A DNA stretch of 64,000 nucleotides from Phoronis australis. Its lineage: Eukaryota > Animalia > Phoronida. Location of the stretch: the NCBI GenBank assembly GCA_002633005.1, contig NMRA01000056.1, positions 567,165-631,164 on the forward strand, written 5' to 3'. Within the stretch, counting starts at the first letter, position 1. Every line of letters starts with the position of its first letter. Shown piece after piece: positions 61,101 to 64,000 of the stretch. Below the pieces are notes generated by a model, which saw only the letters and a program-made list of their open reading frames with translations, had not been told where the DNA came from and made no database searches. Position numbers and translations under genes: made by a program.

Positions 61101-62144
61101 CAGTCTCGGAAAACAGCTTTTAATTTGGATCCCTATCGTTAAGAAGTTGTTTTCAAATAGTTCTTATGTCAAAATGCATGCGATGTATAGACTTCAAAAG
61201 TTCCGACTGTTCGTCAGAGCCGATGTTTGAGGCCAGACCCTGATACAGCGTGTCCTTTTACTCGCACAGGGTGGTCTTGAGCAAGCTCGAAATCCTTCCA
61301 TTTGAGTAAGAGACACATTGAGACCAATGTTACAGCGGTAAATGGTCTAAATTAAAAGTTACTATTCGATAGAGTGTGGCTTATCTACGCTTTATCTGCC
61401 TTACAAGTGTTTCTTGAACGTGTTTTGTTGATATATTGCCTTGTATACACATTCCGATTTTTCAGGTATGGCCCCATATTTGACTGCCGTGCGCTTCTTC
61501 TCAAAGTGTGTGTAGGCTAGTGTTTTGATACGACTTTGGCGTACGAAGCCGTACACGACAGTACAAATACGTAGATTGGAATACTGAGTGAGTATCTTAC
61601 AACCCTGGCGTTTTGAAAATCATTTATCATTGCACTATGACATATTTGTTAAGCACTGACTTGATAGACTTATGGTAGGAAACAGATGCTTTAGTTCAAT
61701 CTAGATGGTAACGTAGTCGACTACTCAGTTTGCCTATTGAAGGAACAATGTGATCTAGTGTGTTGGCCTACCCGCTTGGAAAAGAGGATTAAACACTTTG
61801 AAAACATGTTCTTTCAAATGATAGTGATTAATGTTTTACAGCGTTTACTAAGTCGATCATTATCAGTTTATAAACATGTTAACAGCATGAAAAACAAATC
61901 CAGCAGCTTGCACTTATCTCAGTAAAAATTGTCTTGTGCAGATCAGGTTGTCACAGACTACCTAATGTTGAATTGTCCGTTTTCAATGCACGTGGGCGAT
62001 AAATGCTACTGAAATAATTCTAAAAGAAGTGAACTCGACTCTGATAAAAAACAAATGACTATAGATCAACCTGTGTATAAAGCCCAATTTAGTTGACAAA
62101 GCAAACGGTCGAATGAATCACTACAGGCGTTAATAAAGACTCAC

Positions 62145-62405
62145 TGTACGACTGACATGGCTAACTCCGCTTAACTGTCTTGACCCTTTATATCCGCTCC
62201 TGTGAACGGCGGTGCTTGTAAGACTACCTTTCGATTTCAAATGTAAACCCAGTGGCTGCGGATCGTCTATCACCACCTGTGCGGATATACTTCCACGGGG
62301 CTGTTTGTGTGTATGGAATGTGTCTTCTTCCTGGTTTTGAAGTACCGGTATTCTTTCTTGACTTTGGGGGACATTAGGAGTGTAAACACTCGTTGTACTT
62401 GCCAT
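62145..62405 (-). CDS. Probable first coding exon (87 aa, low-complexity S/T/Q-rich) of an unidentified transcript; downstream exon not established
   Basis: ATG in strong context (acaATGg), open for 87 codons to a consensus phase-0 donor ACA|gtgagt; promoter-like motifs ~100 bp upstream. Confidence 0.5.
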
Positions 62406-62492
62406 TGTCGCTTGTAATTTTTATTTCTCTTGTGGATTCGAAACTAAAATATATTTCGTTTCCCAACTCATTTTACAGCATTTTGAATACCT

Positions 62493-62531
62493 GTTGCCTA
62501 TAGGGTGATCACATGACGTCAGATGACGTCA
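62493..62531. promoter_or_regulatory. Two tandem full CRE sites plus an RFX X-box-like half site
   Basis: TGACGTCA at 62514-62521 and 62524-62531; GTTGCC at 62493-62498. Confidence 0.55.
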
Positions 62532-63306
62532 CTAAAGTATGACATGTGCAACAAATTAAGAGCACCAATGCTGACGACGACCAGTGCAGTACCATAAGCT
62601 TGCCTTAACCGCCACAGCGACGGTTCTACGTTTTTGCTGACGGTGGAGGGCGTACTCACGTTTTGCGCTGGCGACATGTTTTTTATTCTAGTTATATGAC
62701 TCGAGGATGTTTAATCTCCTGAAATTCTCACCGTAGATCAGTGCCTCTGTGAAAACGTGAGGCTATTCTTATCCACACATGGTCTGGAACCACTGTAATT
62801 CCGTGCACTGTGCAACCTGTCACTACATGTGTGGCAAGACGTTTTTACGACAATTTAATCCTTTAACGACTCTAATCTAATGACTGGGTTACTAGAGGAT
62901 AACAGCCATTGCCCCACCCAGTGGTTGTTTTTTACAATTACAGCACCATACAGCGTCATCTTTGAAAACCACTTTTCTGCCTTGGTATTAATTAGTTTTT
63001 AATACTGCGAATTAGCGTAACCTTTTTTTAAAAAGAACGTGGATATGAGTCAATAGACCCAAAGGACCTCAAGTATATGGGTTCTTTGGAGAACCCGCTA
63101 TGTAGTGTTAGAATTTTCGATTTTGGGAGAGTCATTTTAACGTCAGTGTACGATTTCTTCTACTGCCTCAGTACGTTACGCGGTTATAAGTAATTAGTCT
63201 AAACAGATAACTGCAAACCAACATCAATAAATCAACAGTTGAAATATGTGCATATTCATGCACAATAAGCTTGATCCCGGCGCTAACATTGTTTTGGTAA
63301 CACATA

Positions 63307-63702
63307 CCGGGATTTTCTGTAGATAAGCCCACCCGATGAAATGCCCACGTGTGTTTATTCGGAAAATTATGCCGAATAAACGCCCATAGGCGTTTATTTA
63401 GTGTTACAACTTCTGGCTTCAAGTGTCCAGATTGTGGGGCTTTTATTCGGAAAATGTCCTCTTAAAAGCTCACTTAGCGTCAACTTTTAGCCACAAATTT
63501 AGTTTTGTGGGGCATTTTAGTCTAATTCAGAATAAAAACGAACACTAGATTTTGTCGAACTATGCATTCATTAACTTTTACGTTATTAAAAACAGTTTTA
63601 TGCAAAAAAAATTGTTGATATTTTCATATTTGGTGATCAGGAAATGCCTGAAAATTGTCATTTTCCGAATACACGCCAAGGGCTTATCTACGAAAACCCC
63701 GA
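63307..63702. mobile_element. Tc1/mariner-type MITE, same family as 49955-50394
   Basis: ta|CCGGGATTTTCTGTAGATAAGCCC...GGGCTTATCTACGAAAACCCCGA|ta. Confidence 0.75.
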
Positions 63703-64000
63703 TATTAGTTTTGATCTTGTGTTAGAATCTGAATGCAGCGGGTATTCTTGAAAACAAAGTATTGCGTGATTGTGACTCATCTTAGCCCGCGTTCAACAAT
63801 CACAGTGTTTCAATGAAAAATTTTTATGCGGCTATGACGCGGGGCACGCTCCTACAATCTGGTTTTGGAGTACTTTCAGAAACTAATCCACGTGGTGACG
63901 CTGCGACCAAGTCAGAAACATGCCGTCTGTTGGCCATGACTCGCAGACGGAGATAAGCCCTACGAGTGGTAGTCTGAAAGATAATCTAGTGTTTTTTGTT

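Noticed and set aside
60660-61590. Plus-strand splice-like sites (donor ~60684, exon-like 61270-61305 and 61466-61587) suggesting an antisense transcript
   Set aside because: No coherent ORF or other support from sequence alone; needs RNA data.

Overview
Eukaryotic (invertebrate-like) genomic DNA with spliceosomal GT-AG introns, two assembly gaps and many transposon relics. Genes reconstructed by hand from splice sites and phases: (1) the 3' end of a PTB/PTBP1 (hephaestus-type) gene on + with TWO paralogous, alternative last exons (2259-2399 and 4811-4882), each completing RRM4 and each followed by its own AATAAA; (2) a complete 6-coding-exon holocytochrome c synthase (HCCS, 268 aa) on -; (3) a complete 9-exon SKP2 (454 aa) on +, head-to-head with HCCS, whose exons 3-6 appear twice around an N-gap (most likely an uncollapsed haplotype overlap); (4) an unrecognised 6-exon, ~246-aa basic protein gene on - (48156-51533), plus a possible distal alternative first exon at 62145-62405. 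Mobile DNA includes a 4.2-kb decayed Academ-type DNA transposon with long TIRs, a Penelope GIY-YIG relic with a degenerate hammerhead ribozyme, a LINE ORF1 fragment, a C2H2 zinc-finger relic, many MITEs, and several mini/microsatellites and palindromic arrays. All family assignments come from remembered motifs; no database search was run.
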